Counted from the first letter of the stretch, positions 28,864-44,316 are shown. The stretch: 64,000 bases of DNA from Octopus vulgaris (GCA_951406725.2 OX597836.1:13454001-13518000), one strand, 5' to 3'. A program made the numbers and translations. Notes: generated by a model not told the origin, from the sequence alone.

Positions 28864-29385
28864 AGTTCAAATTCTGCCGAGGTCGACTTTGCCTTTCAAC
28901 ATTTCGGGGTCGATAAATTAAGTACCAGTTGCGTACTGGGGTCGATCTAATCGACTGGGCCCCTCCCCCAAAATTTCGAGCCTTGTGCCTAGAGCAAAAA
29001 AAGAATGCTTAGCCAGGTGAAATGCTTAGCCGTATTTCGTCTGTCTTTACGTTCTGAGTTCAAATTCCGCCGACGTCGACTTTGCTTTTCATCCTTTCGG
29101 GGTCGATAAATTAAATATCAGTTACGTACTGGGGTCGATCTAATCGACTGGCCCTCTCCAAAATTTCGAGCCTTGTGTCTAAAGTAGAAAAGAAAGGCTT
29201 AGCTGGGTGAAATGCTTAGCGGTATTTCGTCTGTCTTTACGTTTTGAGTTCAAATTCCGCCGGAGTTGACTTTGCCTTTTGTCATTTCGGGGTCGATAAA
29301 TTAAGTATCAGTTGCGTACTGGGGTCGATTTAATCGACTGACCCTCCCCCCAAATTTCGAACCTTGTGCTTAGAGCAGAAAAGAA
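28864..29385 (+). mobile_element. SINE family B variant, three tandem units
   Basis: Repeated core with the alternative tail aaatttcgagccttgtg..agaaaaga. Confidence 0.8.
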
Positions 29386-29479
29386 TATACGTAAAAGACA
29401 TCTTCAACGATAAGAACTATGTTGTAACTATACCCACGAAGGAATTATCAGACACACTATCTCGAACGTGTGTGCGTAT

Positions 29480-29857
29480 ATATATATATAGAAAGAGATA
29501 AGATGGAAAAAACTCTGATTTGTTTTACAAGATTTAAGAGTATTTTAGAGCCATGATAATAAAGATATATAATTTTGTACAAAGCGAGGTTTTGTTCTTC
29601 CAACATAATTGAAGTAAGGACCGGTTTTGCATTGCACATTAAACTGAGAGTTGAAAAGCTTGATGAGTAATGCGAAACCGGTCCTCATTTCAATTATGTT
29701 GAAAGAACAAAACCTTATTTTGAACAAAATTGTATATCTTTATTATCATGACTCTAATATACTCTCAAATCCAGTGAAACAAATCTGTGTTTTTTCATTA
29801 TTTCTCTTTCTATATATATCCACTACTTGTGTTTCCCCACTAAAACATTGTCTACCC
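29480..29857. mobile_element. Diverged fold-back element with U3-A8 hammerhead motif (29648-29686, +)
   Basis: Arms at about 29484-29634 and 29668-29819. Motif gag-TTGAAAA-gc..gc-GAAA-C-CG-GTC-ctc. Confidence 0.7.
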
Positions 29858-29916
<59 letters not shown>

Positions 29917-29952
29917 TATGTATGTATGTATGTATATATATATATGTATGTA

Positions 29953-29990
<38 letters not shown>

Positions 29991-30051
29991 GATAGATAGA
30001 TATATACATATATATGCATATATATACATACATACATACATATACATATAC

Positions 30052-30134
<83 letters not shown>

Positions 30135-30142
30135 AAACAAAG

Positions 30143-31071
30143 TCATTTTATTCCGCACGGGTAGAAATAATATAGGAAATATAGGTGGGAGAGTGGACAG
30201 GAGTCGTTTATATATAGTCCAGTGGCTAAAGAAATAGTCAGTGTTTGACCTATGTAATCTTCATTACATTCGTGATATTTAGTAGCGTATAGTAGATTCC
30301 TTGAAGAACATGTTAAGTGATTTTTTACGGTAAAAATCTGTCCTGTTTTGAAGCCCATTTACCGCAAACAAATGTGAGACCCCAGTACTAGACAGATTCC
30401 ACTGAGTGAACACATAGATACATGTGCAAAAAATGTCCCCCAAATTCCAGGTCTTCCCGCTTTACCTATGTTCAACGAATTCCACAGATGAAGCACGGAT
30501 ACAAAAGTACAAACCAAGACTTAACAAACTTTGACAAAGTACATACACAAATAACTATTCACGCACAAAACTCATTCTGCCTATCATGAAGATCCTACAC
30601 AGCTAACAACCTAAACTTTAGCCACTGGACTACATACAAACATTTTCCCTCTATCGTGTCGGCCTTGTTTTTAGCGTAAAATACACTGTCACGTGACACA
30701 AACGCACGGACGTAGCGGGAAACGTACGAAAGGTTATAAACTTAGTCATGTGTTCATTCTCTGCAAATATTCGACAGAAAACATTCAGAACATTGACTGT
30801 TTGGACATGTTCAGTCAACCGTATTGGCATTAACTTACGACGTCAAGAATTCTAAGAATTTCTAAGACTAGTCATGTGACTATCCTCCACCAATCAAATC
30901 CTATTCAAAACATATACTAAATTTGAGTCATGAACTTCCTATGACGCAAGACAGCTGCGACATAAGCCACGCCTTTCTATTTGAACTTCATAAAAATCAG
31001 TGTAAACTGTGAAACCGGTTAAAGCTAAAAATATAATAATGAAAATATTTTAACTATCCTCAATGCATTTT

Positions 31072-31075
<4 letters not shown>
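30143..31075 (+). mobile_element. Penelope-like remnant with internally inverted endonuclease
   Basis: Minus 30245-30358 encodes FKTGQIFTVKNHLTCSSRNLLY..C..YIGQT. Plus from about 30360 continues RKQM*DPSTRQIPLSEHIDTCAK. Homologous to 6872-7399. Confidence 0.75.
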
Positions 31076-31122
<47 letters not shown>

Positions 31123-31290
31123 CATTATTTCATGTAGTCCTAGTTACACTGAGTCGGTCGACATAAAGGAAACAAAAACAGAAAATTTGTTGTTGTCATG
31201 GTTGAAAGCTTTTGTTAAAAGGTATGTTTGATCTAGAATGAATGAGACGAAGTCAAAAGAGGAGACGGATGGAAGAACATTAATAATTAG

Positions 31291-31321
<31 letters not shown>

Positions 31322-31332
31322 AATTCTTTTAT

Positions 31333-31562
31333 TCTTTTACTCTTTTACATGTTTCAGTCATTTGACTGCGGCCATGCTGGAGCACCGCCTTTAGTCGAGC
31401 AAATCGACCCCGGGACTTATTCTTTGTAAGCCCAGTACTTATTCCATCGGTCTCTTTTGCCGAACCGTTAAGTGGCGGGGACGTAAACACACCAGCATCG
31501 GTTGTCAAGCAATGCTAGGGGGACAAACACAGACACACAAACACATACACATACATACATAC

Positions 31563-31612
<50 letters not shown>

Positions 31613-31762
31613 GACAGGCTTCTTTCAGTTTCCGTCTACCAAATCCACTCACAAGGCTTTGGTCGGCCCGGGGCTATAGCAGAAGACACTTGCCCAAGAT
31701 GCCACGCAGTGGGACTGAACCCGGGACCATGTGATTGGTTAGCAAGCTACTTACCACACAGC
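31333..31762 (-). mobile_element. SINE family C
   Basis: Near full-length copy. Confidence 0.85.
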
Positions 31763-31979
31763 AAATTCTTTTATTCTTTTATTTGTTTCAGTCGTGACTG
31801 CGGCCATGCTGGAGCACCACCTTTAGTCGAACAAATCTACCCCAAGACTTACATTTTTTTCAGCCTGGTACTTATTCTATCGGCTTTACTTTGTCGATAT
31901 AAAAACACCAACACCGGTTGTTAAATGGGGGAACAGACATACACACATACACCTATATATATACATATATATGGAAGTA

Positions 31980-32259
31980 TTTGGTCACGAATGACCATGG
32001 GATTGCACCTAGAAAGTGACCTTCCGAGGCAGTCGCCCATGCACACCAGCCACTCTTTTCCACACCACCGATGTTATCCAAGGGAAAGGCAAAGACCGAT
32101 ACAGCTTGGCACCAGTGATATCGCGACTCATTTCTACAGCCGAGTGAACTGGAGCAACGTGAAATAAAGTGTCTTGCTCAAGAACACAACACACAGCCCG
32201 GTCTGGGAATCGAACTCACTACCTCGCGATCGTAAGGTCAACGCTCTAACCACTGAGTC

Positions 32260-32262
<3 letters not shown>
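31980..32262 (-). mobile_element. tRNA-derived SINE family D
   Basis: Homologous to 33555-33895. Head ctcagtggttagagcg...gttcgattcc. Confidence 0.8.
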
Positions 32263-32323
<61 letters not shown>

Positions 32324-32331
32324 CTATATCA

Positions 32332-32443
<112 letters not shown>

Positions 32444-33003
32444 ATCACGTGATATATGCATATACACATACATACCTATATATGTGTGTGTGTGTTTCCG
32501 ACAGGCTTCTTTCAGTTTCCATCTACCAAATCCACCCATAAGGCTTTGGCCGATCCGAAGTTATAGTAGAAGGCACTTTGCCAATGTGTCACGCAGTGGG
32601 GCTGAACCCAGAACCATATGGTTGAGAAGCAAGCTTCTTACCACACAGCCACGCCTACGCTCATTTATGCGCGCGCGCGCGTGTGTGTGTGTGTGTGTAT
32701 AAAAAATAAAATCTAAACTTAGGGAATGGAGTAGATGCAGGATCCAAACGTTTCGTAGCTAGCAACTCATCGGGCAAAAGATACCTTAATGCAAAGTTAA
32801 CACAGTCGTCAAGGGATCCCACGATGACACGCTGGAACGACATTGCATGGGAGGTTACTATGCTATCCTTTTGCTTTGCGTATCACTGAGTTATGCCCCT
32901 TGATATTCACCACCATCAAGACTGACGAAATAAAAACATACTTTATCCCTTTTTTCAGTCATAAGATATGTATATATATCTATCTATTAGATATATCTAT
33001 TAG

Positions 33004-33049
<46 letters not shown>

Positions 33050-33054
<5 letters not shown>

Positions 33055-33084
33055 CAATGCGAACGCGGACAATGTGTAACAACG

Positions 33085-33129
<45 letters not shown>

Positions 33130-33402
33130 ATCACGTGACCGACCAGAACATCAGACGTTGTTACACATCGCTGGTCACAATGCGTTCGCATTGTTTTTAG
33201 CCTTCGAGCAGGCCAACAGAAGAAAGAGTGGGAGAAAGAGTGGTGAAAGAGTACAGCAGGGATCACTAACACCCCCTGCCGGAGCCTCGTGGAGCTTTTA
33301 GGTTGTTTCGCTCAATAAACACTCACAACGCCCGGTCTGGAATCGAAACCACGATCCTACGACCGCGAGTCCGCTGCACTAACCACTGGGCCATTGCGCC
33401 TC

Positions 33403-33405
<3 letters not shown>
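33050..33405 (-). mobile_element. SINE family A (tail type 1)
   Basis: Similarity to 423. Confidence 0.8.
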
Positions 33406-33490
<85 letters not shown>

Positions 33491-33554
33491 CACATATATA
33501 TATATACATAGATATATATATACATATATATATACATACATACATACATATAAA

Positions 33555-33895
33555 GGGTAAAGACCCCCTTCGGTCATGAATGACCATGGGATTGCACCTA
33601 GAAAGTTACCCTCCTAGACACAAGTCCGGGCAAGGTTGTTTATGGAAGGCTAGCAGTCGCCCATGCATACCAGCCTCCCCTCTCCACGCCACCAGTGTTA
33701 TCCAAGGGAAAGACAAAGGTCGATACAGCTTGGCACCCGTGACGTCGCAACTCATTCCTACAGTTGAGTGAACTGGAGCAACGTGAAATAAAGTGCCTTT
33801 CTCAAGAACACAACACGCAGCCCGGTCCGGGATTCGAGCTCACAACCTCACGATCGTAAGCTCGACGCTCTAACCACTGAGCCATGTGCCTTCAC
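33555..33895 (-). mobile_element. tRNA-derived SINE family D
   Basis: A and B boxes. Second copy at 31980. Confidence 0.8.
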
Positions 33896-34116
33896 AGCGC
33901 CCGGAGCTATGTGTTGGGAAGGAAGGTAACAAGCTCGAAGAATCGTTAGGGTGCCGACAATAGGGATTACGTTCGTTCTTACTTTCTGAGTTCAAATTCC
34001 GCGGAGGTCGACTTTGCCTTTCTTCTTTTCAGAGTCGACAAATTAAGTACTGGGGTCAATGTAATCTACTAGTCCCCTCCCACCAAGTTCGAGATCTTGT
34101 GCCTCCAGTAGAAAAG

Positions 34117-34190
<74 letters not shown>

Positions 34191-34413
34191 GGCGACGAGC
34201 TGGCAGAATCATTAGTGTGCGGGGCGAAACGCTTAGCAGTATTTCATATGTCGCTACGTTCTGAGTTCAAATTCCGTCGAGGCTGGCTTTGCTTTTCATC
34301 CTTATGGTGTCGATTAAATAAGTACCTGTTACACACTGGGGTCGAAGTAATCGACTTAATCCCTTCACCCAAATTTGAGGCCTTGTGCTTCCTGTAGAAA
34401 GAATTATTGTTGT

Positions 34414-34472
<59 letters not shown>

Positions 34473-34935
34473 TAATAAAAAGGAAAAGTTTACGAGAATA
34501 AAGAAAAGACAAAGGCAGGTGGAGTACAAACAAATGTATTAGTATAGCGCTCAGGAATAGAAAAGGTCTTTTACGTTTCGAGCCTACGCTCTTTGACAGA
34601 AAGATACACAGAAAAAAAACAAGGAGAAAAAAAAAAATGCGTGTAGTAGCTAACGATCTATCATGGCGTCCTGACTTCGGACAATTATGTTTCAAAAAGA
34701 AAATCGAAACTACACATAGAAAAGATATGGGGAAAGTGAGAATTAAAAAATAGAGAAAATGCAGATTGAATATCAAAAAAGAAAAAAGGGGGCTTTTTTA
34801 TGAAGAGTAGCGATAAATAAATACAATTTACTGGGGTAGAATTAAGAGGAATTAAGTTCATTATTTTGAATTGTTAAAGAGATACAAAGTCAAACCGGTA
34901 TCGTCATTGCTGTTCACTGGCTTTGAATATATATA

Positions 34936-35067
<132 letters not shown>

Positions 35068-35069
35068 AA

Positions 35070-36407
35070 ATCATTCCAATACCCAAAAAAGGCGATTTAT
35101 CCCTCGTCGCCAACTACAGGGATATATCTCTAATGTCAATTGCTGCAAAACTGTACAACAAACTGATCCTAAATCGTCTTGTCCTTTTTGTTGAACCTTT
35201 GCTCCGAAAGAACCAAAATGGATTCAGACATGGGCGCTCAACGCTGATCCAGATACTATGCCTGCGCAGACTTATTGAAGAATCAAAAGCATTTAATCGC
35301 GATCTTGCAATGGTATTTGTAGACTTTTCTAAAGCGTTCGATTCTGTAGATAGGTACAAGATGTTTGAAATCCTTAAGCTCTATGGGATACCAGACAAAA
35401 TTATTTCTGCCATCAAGGTCCTCTACACAGATACGTCTTCAACCATCTTAACCCCTGATGGAGAAACATCATCTTTCTCAATCAAAGCCGGAATACTGCA
35501 GGGAGACACACTCGCCCCATTTCTTTTCATCATTGTTGTTGATTATGTGCTACGTATGTCAGTTGATACCATCTCTGGCAAGGGCTTTGAAATAAAACCA
35601 AGAAGAAGTTCCAGACACCCAGCTGAGTACTTGACAGACACTGACTTTGCTGATGACATCGCTCTTATCAGTGATTCTCTCTCCAATGTCCAGTCTCTTT
35701 TACAATCTCTTGAACAAGCCTCAAATTGTGTAGGTCTTTACCTCAATGAGGCCAAAACTGAATACATAAACAAGTGCCTGTCCAACAGTGATTGCATCAT
35801 CCATACTCTCAACAGTGCGCCTTTAAATATGGTTTCTGATTATAAATATCTTGGGTCATACATATCATCATCTGGAAAAGACTTTCTAACTAGAAAGGGT
35901 ATGGCCTGGTCAGCCTGTAATGACATGCATAAGATCTGGTCATCAAATCTAAGTAGAGACTTCAAACTTGAAATATTCAAAGCCACAGTCGAACCAATTC
36001 TACTATATGGCTCAGAAACCTGGACGTTATCAAAGAAGCTTGAGAGGCGGTTGGATGGAACCTACACTCGCCTCCTTATGAGAGCTCAAAATCTCTCGTG
36101 GAAGCGCCATCCAACCAAAATGCAAATATATGGGAAACTACCACCTGTGTCATCTCTTGTGAAAGGTAGGAGAGTCCAGTTTGCTGGACATTGTTGTAGA
36201 GCTGAAAAAGAAGTAATTTCTACTCTTCTCCTCTGGAAGCCATCTACTCGCAATAACAGAGGGCGCACACTCTCCTACTCTGATGTAATCTCCAGGGATA
36301 CAGGCATCCAACAACAGGACCTCCGTAATGCTATGATGGACCGTGAAGTCTGGCGTAACATAGTAAATTCCATTGTCTCGACCACGGTCGAACAATGATG
36401 ATGATGA
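35070..36407 (+). mobile_element. RTE-clade LINE, 5'-truncated, uninterrupted RT ORF
   Basis: IIPIPKKGD..NYR.ISL, DFSKAFDSV, GILQGDTLAPFLF, FADDIAL, YKYLGS and PILLYGSETW motifs. Stop at 36398 runs into a (TGA)n tail. 12-bp TSD tgtgtgtatgaa at 35058-35069 and 36408-36419. Confidence 0.93.
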
Positions 36408-36460
36408 TGTGTGTATGAATATTGAAAGAAACGGAAGATAGAGGATATGAGAATGTTTAT

Positions 36461-36570
36461 TAATCACTACAATTGTTTCGACACATCTAGCATCGATCCC
36501 TCATGGGTGGGATACTTAACAACTGGTTTAGGAGTATCTGACGGTGTAGATGTGTCTCTTCAAGTGATTA
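36461..36570 (-). ncRNA. Hammerhead motif with long stem II (U3-G8 core)
   Basis: Reverse complement: taatcac-TTGAAGA-gacacatcta...tagatgtgtc-GAAA-C-AATT-GTA-gtgatta. Perfect 7-bp stem I and 10-bp stem II. Confidence 0.75.
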
Positions 36571-36899
36571 CAAAATATATCTCGTTAAAATAACGACTGT
36601 TCCGCAAGATATCTTCTTGGTTTGTGTATAGAAAAGCAGCAAATTAAAGGACACAGCTTCATTTATATATAAGGATCAATAATAAATAACAGATGCAAAA
36701 AATAACGAATACACAATACAGCCAAAAAAATATTTAAATATAACCGTTAACAGATATGGATGTGTAAACGCCCTCGTTTAGGTTGTGTGACGTACGTACA
36801 CACGATCGTACAAACATTGTGTACTAGCTGACAGTGTTGTTAGTGAAATACATGTTTTTACTCTGGAATAATACATGAGTTAACCGAATCTGCGTTCTT

Positions 36900-37240
<341 letters not shown>

Positions 37241-37242
37241 GC

Positions 37243-37293
<51 letters not shown>

Positions 37294-37792
37294 TGTCTCA
37301 TATAAACAAGCTTCTGTTTTATGCATTTCTCTGCGGGCAGAAATCAACAACAACGAAAAAGAAAATAATATAGCCGTTCCCCGACTCCAGAATCAGCTCA
37401 AGCTTCAAGCGTTTCTCAGGGAACCGCGTGTGCACCTTCTGTTTAGCAACAGAGAATTATGCAGCAAAGGGCTTCATAAGTGCACCAAACATATTAACAT
37501 CAACGAAGTTGCGACTTCGTTTTTTGCATAATAATCGTACTTAAGCTGGTGGCCGATCTAATTAGACACTAACCTGTGGCGTATACTAAGCAGCTGAACA
37601 AACATGTGTCTGTTTTATGCGCATATCATTAGGGATTGTAAAATGGCGCCAAAAACCCCGAAGCAGGTCGTTCACTCATTATTGTGTGTTCGGAGAAATA
37701 CGTGGAACGAGTCTGTTTGTTTGTTTACATCGCTCGTCTGTGTGTTTGCGTTGAAAGCGTTTGATGCAGTTTCAGTCAATGTCTCAGAGTAC

Positions 37793-37844
<52 letters not shown>

Positions 37845-37927
37845 ATGTATATATCTAAATATATGTGTGTGTGTGTGTGTGTATAAACACACACACATAC
37901 ATATATGTATGTGTGTATGTATGTATG

Positions 37928-37970
<43 letters not shown>

Positions 37971-38266
37971 ATCTATGTATGCATGCATGCATGTCTGTCT
38001 CTCTGTATGTAAATATATATATCTATACTTATATTTATATTTACTTATATTTGTATTCTCTTTTTTTATATATTTTCTACTTATTATACAACATTACTCT
38101 TTTATGTACACTTTTTTATGTACATTCCTTTGTGTACACTGATTTGTTCTGCTTTTTATGTTTAACCCTACAGTCTCTTATGTGGTGGTTTAATAAAGTA
38201 TGTTGTAATTGAGTATTATCTGGTAATTCATATTTGATTTAGATGTATTTCTCCATTTTCTTATCT

Positions 38267-38364
<98 letters not shown>

Positions 38365-38378
38365 TCTAATGTTTGTGC

Positions 38379-38431
<53 letters not shown>

Positions 38432-38453
38432 TGCGAAAATCCGCAAGATATTC

Positions 38454-38528
<75 letters not shown>

Positions 38529-39294
38529 CGTGTGTGTGCGTGTTTGTGAAAGAGAGAAAGAGTACGCCGTACAAAACGCTTAGCGGCATTTCGTCTGTCT
38601 TTACGTTCTCAGTTCAAATTCTGCCGAAGTCGGCTTTGCACTTCATGTTCAGTGCCGATAAAATAAGTACCAGTCAAGTACTGGGGTCGATCTGATCGAC
38701 TTAACTCCAGCCCCGGAAATTGCTATATATATATATTTGTGTATGTATTTATCATATATTCATATAGTGTATGTGTTTTATTTAGCTGTGTGCATTTGGG
38801 TACTTCGGTGTGTCGAGTTCCCTTATCTTAAACATAAACTCGGTCATACGATATAGAAAGATCCTTGAATAAGTACAGCACAGAAATAAATACTACAAAC
38901 GATCGCTTATGAAAGTGTTGCTGCAGTATGGCCATAGTCTAATAACTGAAAACCCACAAGAACATAAACAGACAGAAAATATGAGAGAAAAAAACAACTT
39001 ATGGATTTAGCGGTCAAACATGGAGACTGATTATAAAAAAATGTCTGAAAGAAGAGGTTGAAATAAGGGGAAGATAATAAAATATTGGTGGTCTCAAAAC
39101 GAAGGTGTGCGTGTGTATGTATGTAAGAATGTGTAAGTGCCTGTGTGTGGGTAGGGGTTAGTGACATTGACATGTGTGGATATGTGCGTGCAAATGTGTA
39201 CGTCTGTAACGTGTGTCAGCTCATATAGTGGCATACATTGGTAACGCTATTGAAGGTTGTGTTGGGGTGTATGGATGATATATATATATATATA

Positions 39295-39894
39295 TAAGTA
39301 ATACTAAGTAATTAAGGGTTTAGCAACGAATTGCCTCACCAACACACCGAATTTAGAAATAGCAGTCAAAGAGATATAGCTATTCCTTCTACTAAAAGGG
39401 GGATCTCAGTAAAAACACAGCACTTGAAAGGCAAACACAGACAGGTAAGAAAGAAAGAATGAAATGACGGCAATCTATCATACAATTTTAAGTTACCTAC
39501 GGACGTACGTTTCGAGATCAAGTTTTAGGAGAGCATAAGAATTAGAAAATTCTACTTTACCCAAACTTCTTCTCTCATCGGCGCAGGATACTACAATGTA
39601 CGTCCGTAGGTAACTTAAAATTGTATGATAGATTGCCGTCATTTCATTCTTTCTTTCTTACCTGTCTGTGTTTGCCTTTCAAGTGCTGTGTTTTTACTGA
39701 GATCCCCCTTTTAGTAGAAGGAATAGCTATATCTCTTTGACTGCTATTTCTAAATTCGGTGTGTTGGTGAGGCAATTCGTTGCTAAACCCTTAATTACTT
39801 AGTATTACTTAAATTTTCCTCGAATGGGGCTTTTACATGCCGAAATCTACTTGGTGTAATTGATAATTATTCCTAATTAATTAATTTCACCCTT

Positions 39895-39899
<5 letters not shown>
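39295..39899. mobile_element. Fold-back element with apparently perfect 214-bp arms
   Basis: Arms at 39295-39508 and 39598-39811, with (TA)n flanks. Confidence 0.92.
39496..39587 (-). ncRNA. Hammerhead motif, U4C core
   Basis: Reverse complement: cctgcg-CCGATGA-gaga...tctc-GAAA-CGTACG-TC-cgtagg. 6-bp stem I, palindrome ACGTACGT, GUC site. Confidence 0.78.
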
Positions 39900-39975
<76 letters not shown>

Positions 39976-40204
39976 ATCCAAACAAGAAAACACAGAAAAA
40001 AACACAGCAACGCGAGGACGTGGAACAATTAAAGTATTATTTGACGCTCAGGAAAGAAGGGAAGGATGGTTTAACGTTTCGAGCGGAGCGCTTCGTCGGA
40101 AACAAAGGAGAAGGAAAGATCCCGAGAAGGGAAGACAGAGGAAAAAAATATTTTTGCTGGTGGTGCTCAAGAGATCACATGTTGAAAGCTATATATATAT
40201 ATGT

Positions 40205-40522
40205 ATAAGATATAAACGTGTCATTGAGACCCGAAGGTGTCAGGTAACGCTGAATACGTGCTATAGACAGACCATAGTTAAGTTCCAGATTCGGTAATAT
40301 TGCGAATAAAGGGTTCAACATTGGTTCTATGTCAGCGTGTGTAAATAAGAATTTTTTGCGTAATAAGATAAGAAAAAACAAGGCTTTATAGATATTAGAG
40401 CATTTATATATAGAAGGTCTTACAGCTGTTTCTAGAAAGTGCTGTATGACCTTCTATATATAAATGACCTAGTATCTGTACAGCCTTGGGTTTTTTTTTC
40501 TTATTACGCAAAAAATTCTTAT
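40205..40522 (-). mobile_element. Fold-back short element with hammerhead 3' half
   Basis: Arms at about 40346-40425 and 40442-40522. Reverse complement GAAAC-AGCT-GTA lies at the fold. Confidence 0.65.
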
Positions 40523-40707
40523 ATATATATATATATATATATATTGAGAGAGAAAGAGAGAGAGAGGAGAGAGGGAAAGAGAAGAAATTTTATTTTTAGC
40601 TAGGGTTGTAAATGTGGTAAATTTTTATATAATTGTATCTATATTTATTTGAATAAAACAAGTTTTATCTTTGTGCATAAAAGGTAAATATTTCTATTGT
40701 ATATCTA

Positions 40708-40790
<83 letters not shown>

Positions 40791-40806
40791 CTATCTAAGC
40801 TTCCCG

Positions 40807-40864
<58 letters not shown>

Positions 40865-41248
40865 GAAAAAGTTGAAAAAAGAAATTTTTTTACAACAAAT
40901 ATTTTTATACTACTCACGAGAGGAATTTTGCACACAAACACACACACACACACACCACATATACACACACAAGAAAATCACATATTACCGAATTGTTTTC
41001 TTGTAAATGGAGTTTTACTGAATAAAGTTTTGTGTACGTTGGTGTCAGAAAAAGTTTCGCAATAAAAGAAAAACCTTATTTTACCGATTTTCGCTGTTAT
41101 TCAGTTCATCAACTTATATTCTTTCTACGGTTTTTCAATATCTTTTTATGTTGTTGATAGTAAGTCCATACAGGGTCTAATTCTAAATATACATAGTTAT
41201 AAACACACATTCACACATGCACGCGCATGTGTGTGTATACGTATGTGT

Positions 41249-41630
<382 letters not shown>

Positions 41631-41693
41631 TATATATATGTACGTATATTCATACATGTACACATATTTATATATCGTCTTACTCTTACCTAG

Positions 41694-41879
41694 GTGACCA
41701 CTACATACACATGTACTGGAATGGTACTCCACTGGATATATCCCCGTTATTAGGCTATTGTCCTGGTATGGTACCTCCGTTAGATGCCACCAAAGTCGTG
41801 GTCCAAGGCGAAGGCTGTCAACAAGCCAGGGCGACAGTCACCGCAGAGTTTATTGTCGACGGACAGAAAGCTGGCGACG
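41694..41879 (+). CDS. jbug: Filamin (jitterbug-like) coding exon
   Basis: cctag|...GACG|gtaag, 186 bp. Encodes GDHYIHMYWNGTPLDISPLLGYCPGMVPPLDATKVVVQGEGCQQARATVTAEFIVDGQKAGD(G), with filamin repeat end and start motifs. Confidence 0.92.
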
Positions 41880-42102
41880 GTAAGATCTTTTATAGTTTGT
41901 TTTTTAGCCTCAACTTTGTTTTTTGTACCTGTTCTTCCTTTCTCAGCCCCACCAACAGCGATGGAGTCTTTAGTTGTTCGCTAGACTTACTAGAAATAGT
42001 AGCTAAAATCTCCTTATATCTTATCACCCTATCGTATACAGTGAACAAACGATACATTAGATAATTAATTACTATATCTATATTTTTATATATTTACTAT
42101 GT

Positions 42103-43458
<1,356 letters not shown>

Positions 43459-43719
43459 GTGCCGATATTGCACCGATGAGGTTCTAATAGTGGACCACCT
43501 AATCTTTGAGTGTAAAGTTTTAGCACCAGTAGATTATAAATTCCGTTCTTGCAATATTATGATATCACCATCTGTGTATGTGTCGTAATAAAGATATGCC
43601 TTTACACCATTGAAAAGCATTATGCTGGGGCTCTTGTCTGAGAGAAAAGGTCTCCCCATAGACATGCCCCTCCACCACCACCACCACTACTACTACGAAT
43701 TTTTAAAAACTACTTCTAG

Positions 43720-43824
43720 GCGTGCCAGCCGTGACCATGCGCGGGATCCATGACTTCATCCAAGTGGATGTGAAGGCCATGAAATACCATCGCTACAAAT
43801 GCTCATACAAAGCTCCAGCTGCAG
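43720..43824 (+). CDS. jbug: Filamin (jitterbug-like) coding exon, not in ORF track
   Basis: ttctag|...GCAG|gtaat, 105 bp. Encodes GVPAVTMRGIHDFIQVDVKAMKYHRYKCSYKAPAA(G), in frame with both neighbours. Confidence 0.88.
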
Positions 43825-43890
43825 GTAATATTCTTTATCTCTTACTTCTCCTCATTTCCTAATCTTTCTCCGCCCACGGCTTTCTTCCAT

Positions 43891-43949
<59 letters not shown>

Positions 43950-44089
43950 CGGGGGGCTTCTTTTCAGTTACTGTTTACGAAATCCACTCCTAAGACTTTA
44001 TTTGGCCCGAGGCTATAGTAGGAGAACCTTGCCCAAGGTGCCACACAATGGAACTGAACCCAGAACCCTGTGGATGGGAGGCAAGCTTT

Positions 44090-44316
44090 TTATTTCTTTA
44101 TTGCCCACAGGGGGCTAAACACAGAGGGGACAAACAAGGACAGACAAAGGGATTAAGTAGATTACATCGACCCCAGTGCGTAACTGGTACTTAATTATCG
44201 ACCCCGAAAGGATGAAAGGCAAAGTCGACCTCAGCGGAATTTGAACTCAGAACGTAGCGGCAGACGAAATTCCGCAAAGCGTTTCGCCCGGCTAACGTTT
44301 CTGCCAGCTCGCCACC
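44090..44316 (-). mobile_element. SINE family B nested in a family C copy (43945-44340)
   Basis: Family C sequence resumes after the insert (cttaccacacaa). Confidence 0.8.

Noticed and set aside
32745-32775. Minus-strand CCGATGA...GAAACGTT motif
   Set aside because: No convincing stem I, so it is not counted. It may be a decayed member.
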